A DNA stretch of 49,321 nucleotides from Catajapyx aquilonaris (GCA_000934665.2 JYFJ02002898.1:1-49321), one strand, 5' to 3'. Positions 14,150-26,254 are shown, counted from the first letter of the stretch. Notes: generated by a model not told the origin, from the sequence alone. Program-made: numbers and translations.

Positions 14150-16150
14150 TTCAAATATATCAAAGCCTATGATGCCAAGATATTCACACTTTCCCTGCGT
14201 CATTAAATAGCGTCTATTTTTCTGTAGAATAGCCACAACTACGTCATCCTTTTCTTTTAGAATACGTAATGCAAAATCTAGGATTCGCCCTAACCTGAGC
14301 TGAAAATACATCCGAACCCCCATCGTACAGAAAATGTATCAGACAATATTCCTTACCCAAGAACTTTCAAAACAACTCAGCTTCCATTTTTTTAAATGCG
14401 AACCAGAGCATTCTTCTTCCAGTGAATCGGCACATAAGTGACAGACAGACAATTCAGAAAAAAGAGTGAGAACATCATTCCAGCATATCCGGACGTATAT
14501 GCAAGTGACAAAAAATGTCCGTAATTACCATGTAATGGGAATATACTGTTGTTAATTACAATATAAATCTGATGTGAGAAGTGTGTTAGGTGTGTTTCAT
14601 AGCTGTGATAGTGGGCTACAGCAATATTATTTTTAATTTTTATTGTATTTGATCCGAACCGATGCGAACGTTACCCGTGGTTACTCAGCTTATACCTCGG
14701 CGAGGTTCAACGGCGAACCCTTCGCATTGGGTTGTAATTTTATTCCAAACCTATGGATAAATAAATTTATCTGCCAAAGTTTTTGGTGGTTCGTTTGGCC
14801 AATAATCTACCGACAAAAGGGGTGAAATTAAATCCAGATTGAGTATTTTTTTTAACAGTGAATGCATAATGTATACTTGTCACTCCAAGGACCTGACCAC
14901 TCGGATTCCCCAAAAGGATTTCTCAGACGTAATAAACAGACTTCTCCCGATTGCCTAGGATCCCTCAACTTGACTTTCTTGATAGCAGTCACGCTGTATG
15001 TATGATTTCCAAGTAACCCAAAATACTCTGTCATATCGCTGTAATATAGACACGTGACTTACATTTTCGGTTAGGTTTGACCGCTTAAAAAAATACGATA
15101 ATTGAATAATATGAGTCATACGTCTTAAGGAGCAGTCTAAAAATGAACCGCTCTCGTACATTTTTAACAGCCAGTCTATTGAAAGTCTGCATCCGCAAGA
15201 TTCGGTTATTCCTCCTGTAAAGTCTTGAAGTGCTTCGTTAGTAAATCCTCCGTCTATCGCTTCATAGCATCCATGAAGTCTGGGAAAATAACAGTTTGTA
15301 GGTTTTTGCTTGTAGGTCTTTCGGATATCTCAATTATTATGCTGTGTATTATACTTTGCAATGGATTTCTCCAATAAGGGACTCCAGAGCTCTTCGTTAG
15401 TCTGGGACTTCAAATGCACCAAATCCTCGTTCACCATCAAACGATCATCTATTACCACATCAATCCAACGTCCATTTTGCCAAAATCTGTAGCATTACGA
15501 TTGATCACATTAGTAGTGTGACAGGATGGCACAAGTCAAACAATGTGGGGGAAAAAGAAAAAAAGAAGAAGGGATAACACCTCGTCCGGCAATGTTCTCT
15601 GGCAACGAGGCGAAAAGAAAAACTTGTGGGGAGTAGATGGACATCAGAAAACAACACGACGCCATCGGTGGGTGCGTCCGGCAATGTTCTCTGACAACGC
15701 ACACTACAGATCACCAACACGTAAAGACACAATTACATTTCCACCACGGGTGTGGTTTTGTAGGTGGGTCGTTTCACTATCTCACGTGTAGAGGAGTTCA
15801 AATGGGTGAGGGTGGTTCCTCGTCATCATCCGATGAGCTGACCTCGACGACCGTAGGTTGTGGAGGTGGTGCGGAGTGACTCCGACGAGTGGTGTTATCA
15901 ATACGTAGAGGTATATGACTCCGAAAGACAGTACTGTCACAGTAGCATTGCATTCCGGACGTGCTACTCATCGGCCGTGACGTTGTACTAGTAGTCACAC
16001 ATTATTTTCGTGCACGACCCGATGTAATGCAATGTATTATATTTGAAAAGTGGTGTTTTCTTACCGAAAGTGAAATATTCCGGCATAATCGTCAGAGAAA
16101 CTCTGATCTGTGGGCACAACTTGGAAAAAGCGACGTATTTTGAGAGTTAA
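14150..16150 (-). pseudogene. Calpain (CysPc plus domain III) pseudogene
   Basis: Minus-strand exons: ..FFQVVPTDQSFSDDYAGIFHFR (ends 16065); FWQNGRWIDVVIDDRL..ELWSPLLEKSIAK (15486-15355); LHGCYEAIDGGFTNEALQDFTGGITE (15279-15122); GLLGNHTYSVT..LLRLRNPFGESEWSGPWSDK (15038-14877); FSELSVCHLCADSL..KW..FESSW (about 14490-14355); NPRF../VVVAILQKNRR..IGFDIFE (about 14300-14150). A phase mismatch and frameshifts are present; the QGxLGDCW catalytic Cys motif was not found. Confidence 0.88.
15517..15941. mobile_element. Probable solo LTR inside a calpain intron
   Basis: TGTGACAG...CTGTCACA 8-bp terminal inverted repeat with TG..CA ends, flanked by a 4-bp direct repeat GTAG (15513-15516, 15942-15945); internal direct repeat CGTCCGGCAATGTTCTCTG twice. 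Confidence 0.65.
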
Positions 16151-16639
16151 AAAGGAGGACCAAGAAACAGCTCGGCTCCTGATGGCCGATTTAGGTTTTT
16201 GGCCACACTAATTCGTGCGTAAGAAATTCAACGAGGTTACTCCGAGCTCTCTGCTACGCCGGGAAGTTCGAAATATTTACTATCCAGTATGTATTGTACG
16301 TATACTGGATGGTAAATTCACTGGTCGGGATTGGTGATTAATAAATGCATTTGTACTCCTTTTGCGTAAACTTCCAACTCTCTCTAAATTGATGATTTGC
16401 AGTCAGCTGAAATAAATATTGGAAACAACTTTTCTCATAGACTCAAGTCAAATATTTTCCAGCAGCAAAAATAAGTTGAACACTCAATGTTCAGGAGTAT
16501 CCAATGGAAGTCTTATAATATTGCTAAGTTCAGGGAAGTTAAAGTGATTATCTGTATATACACCTAAATGCCAATTTATACTTATTAAGAGAAAACTCTT
16601 AAGGTCTCTTTTTGGTATTGTGCAACTGTTAGCTCTTAA

Positions 16640-16765
16640 TTGAGGCTGATTTCCCAGCCTAGTAATCAAGGTTGCCAGTGGTTACCTCCTCTAACTGACA
16701 GGTTTCCAAATGAATGCAGCATGGCTCCAGTATAATTATAACCCAATAATCTTTTCCGCCATATG
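16640..16765 (+). repeat. Local repeat, copies at about 22260-22372 and 28435-28592
   Basis: CCCAGCCTAGTAATCAAGGTTGCCA is identical at 16653, 22292 and 28464, with similar flanks. Confidence 0.85.
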
Positions 16766-18492
16766 TACAGTACGTACTGTACGTATACTTTCCCATATGT
16801 ATTGATGAATGCAACCCCCCTCAGCAGGGACAGGCTTTGTTCGTTCTCCACTGCTCTAGGTGCAATTTTCACAATCTTTCTGGGCAAACAAACCATCTTC
16901 ACGCCCGTCTCGAGCACAACCTAGATCAGGGAAGAGTCTAGTCAGGGTCAACTTTTGATCTATATTCTTGGTCAGACCATTTTTCCTGTTGGACGCACGT
17001 TCCACACATACCAATATCTGGGCTCAACCACTGTCCATTGCACGTATTTTACGCCATGTGATGTGACTGGAGAGTTCCTTCCGCGTAATAGTCGTGTACG
17101 TGTCTCTCTTCTGTGGTTCTGGTGCCCAAAATTGGCGGCATGGCTGTATCTGCATCAAAATTGAAATATACTTTGCTCTGTGTAGTTGTTAACCTGTTTT
17201 GAGGTGTATGACTCCAAATATTATAATCTTATACCAAAAATTAAAGATGTAAGATATAAATACATTGCATCCACATTGGAATATGAGATTAATAAGCTTA
17301 TTCTCACTATTTGTACGTATGTTCTCAAAAGCATAAATGGATCGAACTTATGCTACTGGTCAAGACTGTATCTTGTGTTTTATATTACAGAACGGTAAAG
17401 TAACTGGTCGTGATATTTTATACTGATTGCACTTGGTAACTCATCTGTTAGCCTGAACAGCAAAAACAGATGTAAACAATCGCACTATTTGGGTGAGCAA
17501 AGAAAATGATTTGGCATGGTGACTGCAAGAAATGCATATTTAAAGTGTTCACTATGATACTTTCAGAGCCTCATAAGTTGAGGGAATTAAATGTGAATAT
17601 CTGACAATGCACTTAACTAACAATATAGGTCAAATTATATTTATTACTAGCAAATGTTATAATTAACACAAAGGACCTTGTGTATAAGAAACCGTGGGAC
17701 TCAATGGTAAATTTCTTGTGAGAATATGTTCTTGGGCTATGTGGCCATCTTCTTGTTAGTGATGTAAGTCTGACACTTTTTTAAATAATAATTATTATTC
17801 TTACACCGAAACCAATGATAGTTAAATTCTTGTTTCATCAAGACGGAGCACAAAAGATGTTTGGTGACTCCCTGGAATGTCGTACAGATGCGTGGACACA
17901 TTTAGTTGCCAGGGATGTTGCACCCGGGAAACTTAGAGAAGGTAGGCAGCTGGATGCCCTTTTTCATCACCTTTGTTACTCTTGCGGCGCCCAACAGCCT
18001 CCTCGTCTATGGGTCCAGCGGGCTGTAGCCCAGACAACTTCCCTGGCCTACCCCCAAGAGAGTAAGCATGCTCGTGGTTGCCACACACAGATTTTCAGTC
18101 CTCCTTGAATGACCAAACTGGGTAACACATGACATCGCATTTTTCCTGGGTGTACAAAATTGCGAATTTTATTACTTTGTATTTTGACCTACGTAAAGTT
18201 GCCATCATTCTCTGTTTTCGTTTGATGCCTTATCAGGCACGTGTGCTAGCCTTATATTTAAAAATGAGTCAGTTACTAATATCAAATATTGATAGTTACA
18301 GTTTGACAAGTGCGGTTTTACCCCCTCACAATAAGCGTTACATTGTAGTAGCTTGCTACCACCTAACTGTCTCCCATATCATCTCCTGAGACGTCGGGTT
18401 AAATCAGATCTGATCGGATGAGGTCTGGTGGTATACCGAACTTTAATGCACGCTTTGCAATGTATAGGTTGGCTCTAACTTGCTTATCTTAG

Positions 18493-18764
18493 GACTTAGA
18501 GCCATGTCATTGATGACAGTGAAGACTGAGTAAGAAGAGGAGATAACCATAGAGGAGACGTGGATGGTGCAGGTGAAGGAAGAACCCCCTGAAGAAGAAT
18601 CCCCGGTGTTTGAAATGGTGGCTGTGAAAGTGGAGGAACTAGATGATCCTAACGAGGTGGCGGACACTCATGGAGATGAATGTGGAGCTTTTGCGGACAC
18701 AAAGGAAGAGAATGTGGAGCAGGAGACGATCAGTGACTCAGGCGAAGAGTCTTTCATGGGCCAG
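18493..18764 (+). pseudogene. Orphan acidic VKxE-rich exon with in-frame stop, resembling arthropod zinc-finger protein N-termini
   Basis: Acceptor TTATCTTAG at 18492, ATG 18504: MSLMTVKTE*EEEITIEETWMVQVKEEPPEEE..VKVEE..TKEE; donor CAG/GTGCGT after 18764. No zinc-finger exon found downstream. Confidence 0.5.
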
Positions 18765-19333
18765 GTGCGTTTCAGGGGTATTTATTAGTCGACGGTGACA
18801 GCATGTCAAATATGTCTTATATACGCGAATTTCCCAAAATCACGTGACTGTCGTGACATCCAGTCCTATCTCCACGTCAGTACTATCTCCTGATCTGGAT
18901 CTGGAAACAAAGCTGAAGACACTAAAAATCGATATTTTTCGATATATCAATCCTCATATTTACTTGGCCATAAAAGCAAGTAGCTTTGAGGTGAGCCGCT
19001 TCAACCTCTCGTCGACCGAGAGCTTGTAATGGGCGTTGTTTCTGACTACGTTGATGAGAATCCGACCATCATGTATGAGACGCCTCATCGCGTCTTCCGT
19101 TCTTGGACATACTTCCCAATGCGCCGTATTGTAGATCTATGGATGCTTCCAGTAGGCCTATGCAATCTATCTCCACCTTCAACCCTGGTTGGGGGCCCGG
19201 GAAGATGATGAGCGCTTCCGTGATGTGAGCCCTATAGCCCACTCTGGGCTGGGTGGGAGCTCTGCCAAATAACTTGGCGAAGACAACTCACCTGTCTTGA
19301 TCCCTGTAATAACGTATAATTAGAGTGTCTAAG

Positions 19334-19424
19334 GTTTTTTTTTTTTTTTAGATATACCCCGTGCTAGGTAGGCCCTCTTAGGGAAGTGGATTACCACTAT
19401 CGTGCAGGGACAGGGTAGGGATAG
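19334..19424 (-). mobile_element. Short 5'-truncated retroposed insertion (LINE/SINE 3' end)
   Basis: Poly(T) tract at the left end (poly-A on minus); 11-bp TSD GAGTGTCTAAG at 19323-19333 and 19425-19435. Confidence 0.8.
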
Positions 19425-21984
19425 GAGTGTCTAAGATATATTTACGTTGTTAATCAGTGGCATGAACGTATTAGGCAGTTATATTTCCATTCTGCTCACC
19501 TACTGCACTGGATATAGTCTAGAGTCTAGACCATCGATCTTCAGGTCAAAGCGATCAATGCTCATATGAACAGTCGCTCTTTTTACTCAGAGAAGTATTA
19601 AGATTTTTTGAGACAGTACTGTATGTCTCTATAGTACTTTGTAATATAGTGTTCCTGATAATATTAAAGAGGGTATACATCCAGGGTTGCAGATGCAAAG
19701 TGTCTTTTATTCCCCCAGTACTTTGGGGGGGGGGGGGGGGGGGAATNGGGGGGGAATTCTAGCTGGAAAACTTGCTCGTTCCTTTGGTGTAAAGCCTCCA
19801 CCGAAACTAGTACGAACTAAGTTGAATTTCTCGAATTAATTTACAATGGAATTTATGGATGTTTTGTCTTTTCTGCATAGAAGTCGAAATTTGCGCTAGG
19901 ACATTTACTACCTCACAGTCACTTCCAATGGATTAAATGCTGGCCTACATCTACATGGTCTGATTTGAGTGGAGAATTCAAGTGTCGTTTATGCATCGCT
20001 GGTGACATTAAAACCATTGATTCAGAGCTGTAGTTGTGGTGGATGGTTGTGATATAACAACAATCTGGGGGTCCACAATTATGAAACAACTTGCAATACG
20101 GAGTTCTTTGACATAATCCGGAAGAACCCTTGTGTCCTCCAAAAGGAGCAGCTTCTCACGATGGTCCGTAAGGCAATGGTCATCATACTAATGTCTTTTT
20201 TGCATATTATGCTGAGGATCACTGGTAAAACCACGTTTCGTCGGGTGATGTTTTGATATCATCAGTAGACTTTTCAAGCTCTGTAATATGCTCACTAATA
20301 TGACAGTTCTTCAATAGACGTGACAAGTCCAGGGCATCTTCTGGCCGACTGGAAAACGTTTCGCATTTCGGAAACTCCCATCGTCCCATCTGCCGTTGCC
20401 TGCCATAAGGGTCCTCCCCTTTTCCATGTCGGGCCTGCAGCCTCGTGGCTCCGACGTTCCGACTAGGCTTTGTCCAATAATTAACTATAATAATTCCCAA
20501 CAAAAAAATGAAATTCATGATAACTCACCCAATTATTTCAATATAAAAATATGAAATGATAGATGGGTCAGTCTTGATGAAACGACAAATCTTTGGAATG
20601 AAATAATCCATAATAATAATAATAATATAATCAACATAAAAGGGATTAAAAAAAAAAAATCCCACACACAAAAATACAACTTTTAATGTCTGGCGCAGAA
20701 TGCTGCAGTCTCAGGGGACTCGAAATTTACCTCTTCGACCAAAGTCACGTTTCATCGGAGAAAGTCCAGAAACTGCTAATTATAAATATGTCTTGTGATC
20801 TCATAAAACCGGGTTACTCTTGCTCTCTCATTCTAATACACGTCGGTTGTCCTGTACCAGGGCAAAATAGAATCGCCAAAGTATGAACTTCCCTCCTCTG
20901 CTTTCGCGTACCAGTTATACCCCAGTGATGTAACAACGGAGTGGATGGAGGTAGTTTAAGGTTCGGGAATACAGCTTTTACTCATTTTGTGGTGTTTCGG
21001 TTGTGCAGGTCCCAGCTGGGTACATTGGTTCATCTCTAGATATCTCAACTTTATGCTTTGCCTAGAAAATATATTCTAAAATCAAAATGTGTCTCATAGT
21101 ATTGGAATATAATATATCCCTCTTACTTGTTTGCTATTAAAATAGTGAGTTGGGACACAGCAAGTAGACGTCTGTATTGTGCAGAGGTATTTACAGCTTG
21201 TTTAACCAACTAGTTTTATAATCGCTTTAATTTAAAGGTACTCATTGGTGATTGTTAATGTCACGGCAGGAAATTGTGATTGCAGTTGATGCATAAGGAT
21301 TCTCATGATGTCACTGTCCGACCTCACGTTGGTGACTCACTACTCATTATTGCTCTTATCATAGTCGCAAACGGTGTTCAAAGAGGAGTGAGCAACTTCT
21401 TGGGTAAAACCTGCCCAAAATAATAAATTGCAGACATCGCTGAATGAGCATGAAAATGTCACATTTTGCATCGTGGGGGTGGTTATTAAGTTCTTTTTGA
21501 GATATGACTACAAATCTTATATCAACAATTACCACTATTAACTTGTGGAACTTGTTTTGTTTCTTGTATTGCCACGGGCCTTGTTGGACAAGCACTATTT
21601 GAGCACAAGCCTATGGTTCGAGTGTTGGTTGTTCCCAGTCACGTACGTATAATATGAAGTGCAACCTTTAAAATTTACGTTTTCTGGTAATTATGCACGA
21701 AGATGATACACTCCAGCTATGGCGTATTGTGATGTTTACCTCTGAAATGGGTGAGCTAAACGTCTCAATTCTAGCTTTCACTTTTCATTTCATGTTATTA
21801 TGCCATTTTTATACCAAAGAAACGTTATTACCCAATATTAGCCTAATGTTACAAGTAGAGTCAGGCCACTGCCCTTGTTCCAGCATTGAAAGTCGAATAC
21901 CTCAGTGACCTCTCACGTACAGTTAATGTCCTGTACATTGTAAAGTGCAGTGGAAAAAACACAATAATATACTTTTAGGGTATG

Positions 21985-22205
21985 TCATCTCCAGCACGAT
22001 TCTGGAGCGTCACTTGTGCTCCAAAGTATAGTACAGCGTTGAAATCAAGCTGTCGTACCTCCCTACCTCGCCCGTCTCCCTGGAGAGCTGTTTCAAGATG
22101 GCCACTTCGTCCTGCTGTTTGATCACAGGGAACGACTCTTCTCATGATATGTCAGGTGCATCATGTTGAGGCACCAGACCTCCGGAGAAATCACATGCTG
22201 TAGCG
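21985..22205. repeat. About 220-bp duplicated segment, second copy about 24400-24597
   Basis: Shared GGAGCGTCACTTGTGCTCC, CCTCCCTACCTCGCCCGT, CCCTGGAGAGCTGTTTCAAGATGGC and GAGGCACCAGACCTCCGGAGAAATCACATGCTGTAGC; minus strand looks like decayed coding sequence of unknown identity. Confidence 0.85.
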
Positions 22206-22728
22206 TGGCTTATATGACATATGTGGCGTATATGACCTAACGGGAAGTGTGCCTTCTACCGTCTTAAGAATCTCGTGATTGTGGCTGATAACCCAGCCTA
22301 GTAATCAAGGTTGCCACTGGTTACTTCCGCTAACTTACAGGTTTCCAGTACTTATTACTACACTCCAATCCAGTGGTAATGAGGTGTACACTTCAAAGAG
22401 GAGGGAGAAACGACTCGGGTTAAATTTGCCCAAAAAATGCAGACATTGCTGTATCTGCATAAAAATTGGAATAAATTTTGCTTTGTGGAGGTTATTACCA
22501 TTTTGTGAATCGCCTGTTTTTCATTTCACTTGATGGCATATTGACCAATGATCCTCATGTCTTCAGTGTAGGACTTCGGCATCCTGGCTCCTTCCCACAC
22601 CCATTGTATTGTGGTATACGCCGCTTGACGGTCTTGATCAGCCTTCACGCTTCTTTCTTCACCAGCAGACGTTGCTGATGTAAGTCGGACATTTTTAAAA
22701 TAATAATATGGTTTTTATGACAAAACCA

Positions 22729-23199
22729 TCGCCCAAGGAGAGGGTCAGCACCGTCTTTCCAGAGGGACGAATGGGACGTACACCCGAGCATAAAGATGGA
22801 GAGGGCAAGCCTTCACCTTCGGCAGGCTGCTCTGCCAGTCTCAGCTATTACGGTATCAAATATACTGACATAAATACACGAACACACTACTGAAGCAGCT
22901 AACTCGGTCCAAAAAGAGTTCATTAATTTGAGTCGGATAAAGAAAGGTCAAAAAAGGGCCTGCCGTCTCCATCTTTATGCTCGTGGGGGTACATCAGCAG
23001 CACGGAGTGTGGTCCATGGCGCCCGCTTCAACGGAGGTCGTAAAGACATTGGTATGGCTTCCCATACTGTCCAAGACACAGTGGAGGATACAGCCCCACT
23101 ATCAAGGAGAGCGATCCTTGGCTGGTCGTAAATGGAGACAGGTATGGTGGCGGCAGCAATCGTAGAGGTGTCGGAATCCATAGTGTGGGATGAAGTCAT
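22729..23199 (-). pseudogene. Retropepsin-type aspartic protease of the LTR element, interrupted by a MITE and truncated
   Basis: IPVSIYDQPRIALLDSGAVSSTVS..TTLRAADV; removing the MITE and one TA continues RPIRPSGKTVLTLSLGDG, the expected flap/strand pattern. Confidence 0.75.
22781..22989. mobile_element. MITE, TA-flanked (Tc1/mariner-type), copy 1
   Basis: About 30-bp TIRs CACCCG(CG)AGCATAAAGATGGAGA.GGCA / TGCCGTCTCCATCTTTATGCTCG.GGGGG with TA on both sides; near-identical copy at 30822-31032 in unrelated flanks. Confidence 0.9.
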
Positions 23200-23240
23200 C
23201 CTTCAGGATGCCCGCACTTCTGCTCGTACCTCTGCTCGTA

Positions 23241-23534
23241 CTACCCGCAGGCACTGCAGAGAAATGGAGCCAGGGAAGACGCTGACAACGACGGTTGAGA
23301 TGTTTTTGATGGATCAGAAGAAGACGTGGACTTGGGTTTCCTCTTGCTCTTTTGTATCCCGTCCTTCCACATGGCCTGAGGTCCATCGACCTCGAGGCGA
23401 CTAAAGTACAGTCCGCAGGCTTTACAGACTGTTTCGCCTTTTTCGTTGCGTCGCCACTGGCTGGTGGTTGCCATACCGCAGTTGGAGCAGCAGAGTCGCG
23501 GGGGTCGCGAAGGCTTCACCAAGGGTTGGTCCAT
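23241..23534 (-). CDS. GATA-type zinc finger ORF (97 aa) inside LTR element
   Basis: CSNC-GMATTSQWRRNEKGETV-CKACGLY is C-X2-C-X17-C-X2-C with WRR and GLY, followed by a basic tail PQAMWKDGIQKSKRKPK matching the GATA C-terminal finger plus basic domain. Expression unknown. Confidence 0.8.
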   Translation of the reverse strand: MDQPLVKPSRPPRLCCSNCGMATTSQWRRNEKGETVCKACGLYFSRLEVDGPQAMWKDGIQKSKRKPKSTSSSDPSKTSQPSLSASSLAPFLCSACG

Positions 23535-23550
23535 CCCACTTCTGACACCA
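23533..23550 (-). other. Primer-binding site complementary to tRNA-Leu 3' end
   Basis: Plus strand ATCCCACTTCTGACACCA is a tRNA-Leu 3' terminus including CCA, 5 nt from the LTR end. Confidence 0.85.
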
Positions 23551-25199
23551 TTTTATGTCACCAAATCAGGTAGGGACATAAAATACTGTGGGCTCAGCAA
23601 TCTATGCCTCTTTAATGTGCTGCAGAGTAATGATACATACAGTATGGGTAGGCGTATTTGGAAGGTGGGAGAGAGTAGGAGTATCGTCCAGTTCCCCGGG
23701 ATATTCTCCCGGGAAAATGGCCTGGAGTAGTCAGCGAGGTTGGCTTATATAGGATATAGGATGCGATACATTGTGGGAAGTTCTGGAGGGTTCAGAGGGT
23801 GACGTATTTACAATCGAGACAAGAAAGAATGACGATGGATGATGCAATGATGTGGCTTATGTACATATGAAAAATTCAAAGGTCACACCCGTGTGAGAAA
23901 TCGAAGTGGACGTCATTTTAGGCTGAGGTTATGATTACAGTAGATGAGGAGGATGAATGCAATAATAATACTACTTCCTGACACTTGGTGGTTTGCAAGT
24001 CGTTTTTTTCTTACAATCATAGTGAAATTTCATGATCGACCTTTGGCATATTGAGTTGGCCTAGAACGTACGATGCTGCTCTACATACGACTGGAATTAT
24101 TGTTACACATTCGAGTCGTGCACCGGTCTCTCTTCATTGCGTCTGATGTATGCCCACCTGAAGATACCTGGTTGGACCTGGTTGTTACTCAGAAGCGACC
24201 TAATCTGAAAGGACCATCATGTGATCTGAGTTGTCGCGTCATTTAGCTTCTTATTAGCATTCTAATATGCAACTCTGGATAATAATAATCAAGGTGGGGA
24301 AAAAAGGCGTTATGTAACATAATTACAAGATGTGAAAGAAAATTACACGGAGTATATTTTTGAAAGTTCGTCGCTGGTTTCCACACCTCTGCGGACATGA
24401 TCTCCAGCAAGATTCCGGAGCGTCACTTGTGCTCCGAAGTATAATACAGCGTTGAAATCGAGTGGTCGTTCCTCCCTACCTCGCCCGTTTCCCTGGAGAG
24501 CTGTTTCAAGATGGCGACTTCGTCCTGCTGTTTGATCCTATGGAAAGGTGCATTAGGATGAGGCACCAGACCTCCGGAGAAATCACATGCTGTAGCACGG
24601 CTTTAGTAGTACATTGATTGTGACAGATAAATTTATACTTTTAAAACCATGTGAATAAGCATGTTGCCTGCACTGAATCAGCTGAAGAATCATACTGGTG
24701 ACTTGACATGCTGAATCTGAATTTGCTCCAGGAGATTCTTAGAGACCAAGATGTCGTTGGGGCTTCAAGTGACTCAGTTTTGAGTGTTTTAACCTGTGAT
24801 AACATTTGGTGTTTTAAATTGGTAGATGTGTATTGACTGATTGACATATAATTACATACATACATCACGGCATAATCCCATAACTGGGATAACCAGCGAC
24901 GACTAGTTTCTGCCTAGCCGTCTCGTATGACCATTACAATGAATGAATGAATGAATGACATATAAGCACATGAATTCACATCCGGAACAATGATAAGTCG
25001 GTCTTGAGTAAATACGGGATGATTTGTAATGGTTGACAATCTGAGGCAAACAGCAACATGCGATGCTTTATAATAGACTTGCCCAAGTAACTTTCGTACG
25101 AACATAATAACCAGCACTCCAGCAAGGTGATAGTAATTTTAATTGCTGGCGTCATGTTGTGTCATCAAAAATCCATCCTTCAGCGCTGGTTATTTGCAT

Positions 25200-26254
25200 G
25201 ATATTTTGTTCCATATGTGACACTACTTTTAATATTGATTTTGCGTCTTGGGAACCACCCGTTCTTGGTTGATGGTGCTTCGAAAGCAGGCCGAGTCTTT
25301 TGAAGTCATCGGTATTTTCTGTATGTCTGTGATGGTCCATTGATGGGCTTATATGACATATTATTAGTTTCCAGAAAGAAGGACACAAAATCGTCATAAG
25401 CAGTCTTCATAACACGTCCTCACAGTGTTGCAAATACTGGTGTTTGTCCTTGAACATGTGCAATCTGGAAGAGAAGATTAGAATATTGTCGATGGATGTC
25501 GGCTGTCGACTACAAGCAGTACGCAGTAGGACATTGACAAAAAGTCGCTTGGTCAATAATCCCAGAAAAACAAGCAATGGGAAAATTGTTAGAAAAGCCT
25601 ATTGGAAGAAATATTTCAGGAGAGGTCCTCATTACGTAGATAACAAAATGCTTATTATATTTTTAGACATAATGGTCTAACTCGTCCTCTCACGAGCTCG
25701 GAATAGTGGTGACATATGTGAAGTTGGCGTTGGCTTTGACTTGGTCGTCTTTTGGTCATTAATATCTTTCGGTCAATGTGTCCGGCATTTTATTCCATAA
25801 TTGGCTTAATTCTTAACTCTGGCCCCTTTGTTTCGTGGACCTTTTTCTGTTTTGGTTTACGTCGGAGAACAGATCTGCCTTTGCAAAAAGATGCAGGTTA
25901 TTGGTAAATAAACTAAATATTGTACAAGTCAAAACAATAATTACAGTACCACGACGTGTTAAAATTATATTCATCATGCAACTGGCCTTTGCGCACTTTA
26001 TGTTTACAGTGATTTCTTAATATAAAAATGTTAACACCTATATTCTTCGGTAGGCCATGACAACGTGCCATCCTTCCAATATGAAATATTTTCAGCTAGT
26101 GGACATCCAATAGCTGTATTTTCTTTCCTCTCCGGCACTGCATCAAGTTCATGATCTACCTGCTTGAAAACACACATTTATAATAATCTTACGTATATGT
26201 CAAAAGCAGTCGGGATCGACGCGACGTTCAGTAGTTGGTAAGCAGGCCCTGTCG
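25200..26254 (+). repeat. Duplicated GR upstream region, paralog about 33120-34286
   Basis: Shared TGTGACACTACTTT..TCTTGGGAACCACCC, TCATCATGCAACTGG-like and ACCTGCTTGAAAACACA runs in the same order upstream of both GR copies. Confidence 0.8.

Larger units (their letters stand above)
22729..23804 (-). mobile_element. Truncated LTR retrotransposon (Gypsy-like order): LTR, PBS, GATA zinc-finger ORF, aspartic protease
   Basis: LTR 23556-23804 (TGTCACC..GGTGACG inverted ends, minus-strand TATATAA near 23745, ATTAAA near 23613); PBS TGGTGTCAGAAGTGGGAT at 23550-23533; ORF 23534-23241; protease ORF from 23199 with ALLDSGAVSS, split by a MITE; sequence returns to a host repeat at about 22728. Confidence 0.8.

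Noticed and set aside
18850..19260. Possible LINE ORF1 remnant on minus (HWEVCPRTEDAMRRLIHDGRILIN)
   Set aside because: Resemblance too weak and fragmented to support without a search.
19724..19754. Long G run (G-quadruplex candidate); another near 48222-48245
   Set aside because: Both abut an N, so they are probably contig joins with unreliable length.
23533..23550. tRNA-Leu gene
   Set aside because: Only 18 nt including CCA and adjacent to an LTR; this is a primer-binding site, not a tRNA gene.
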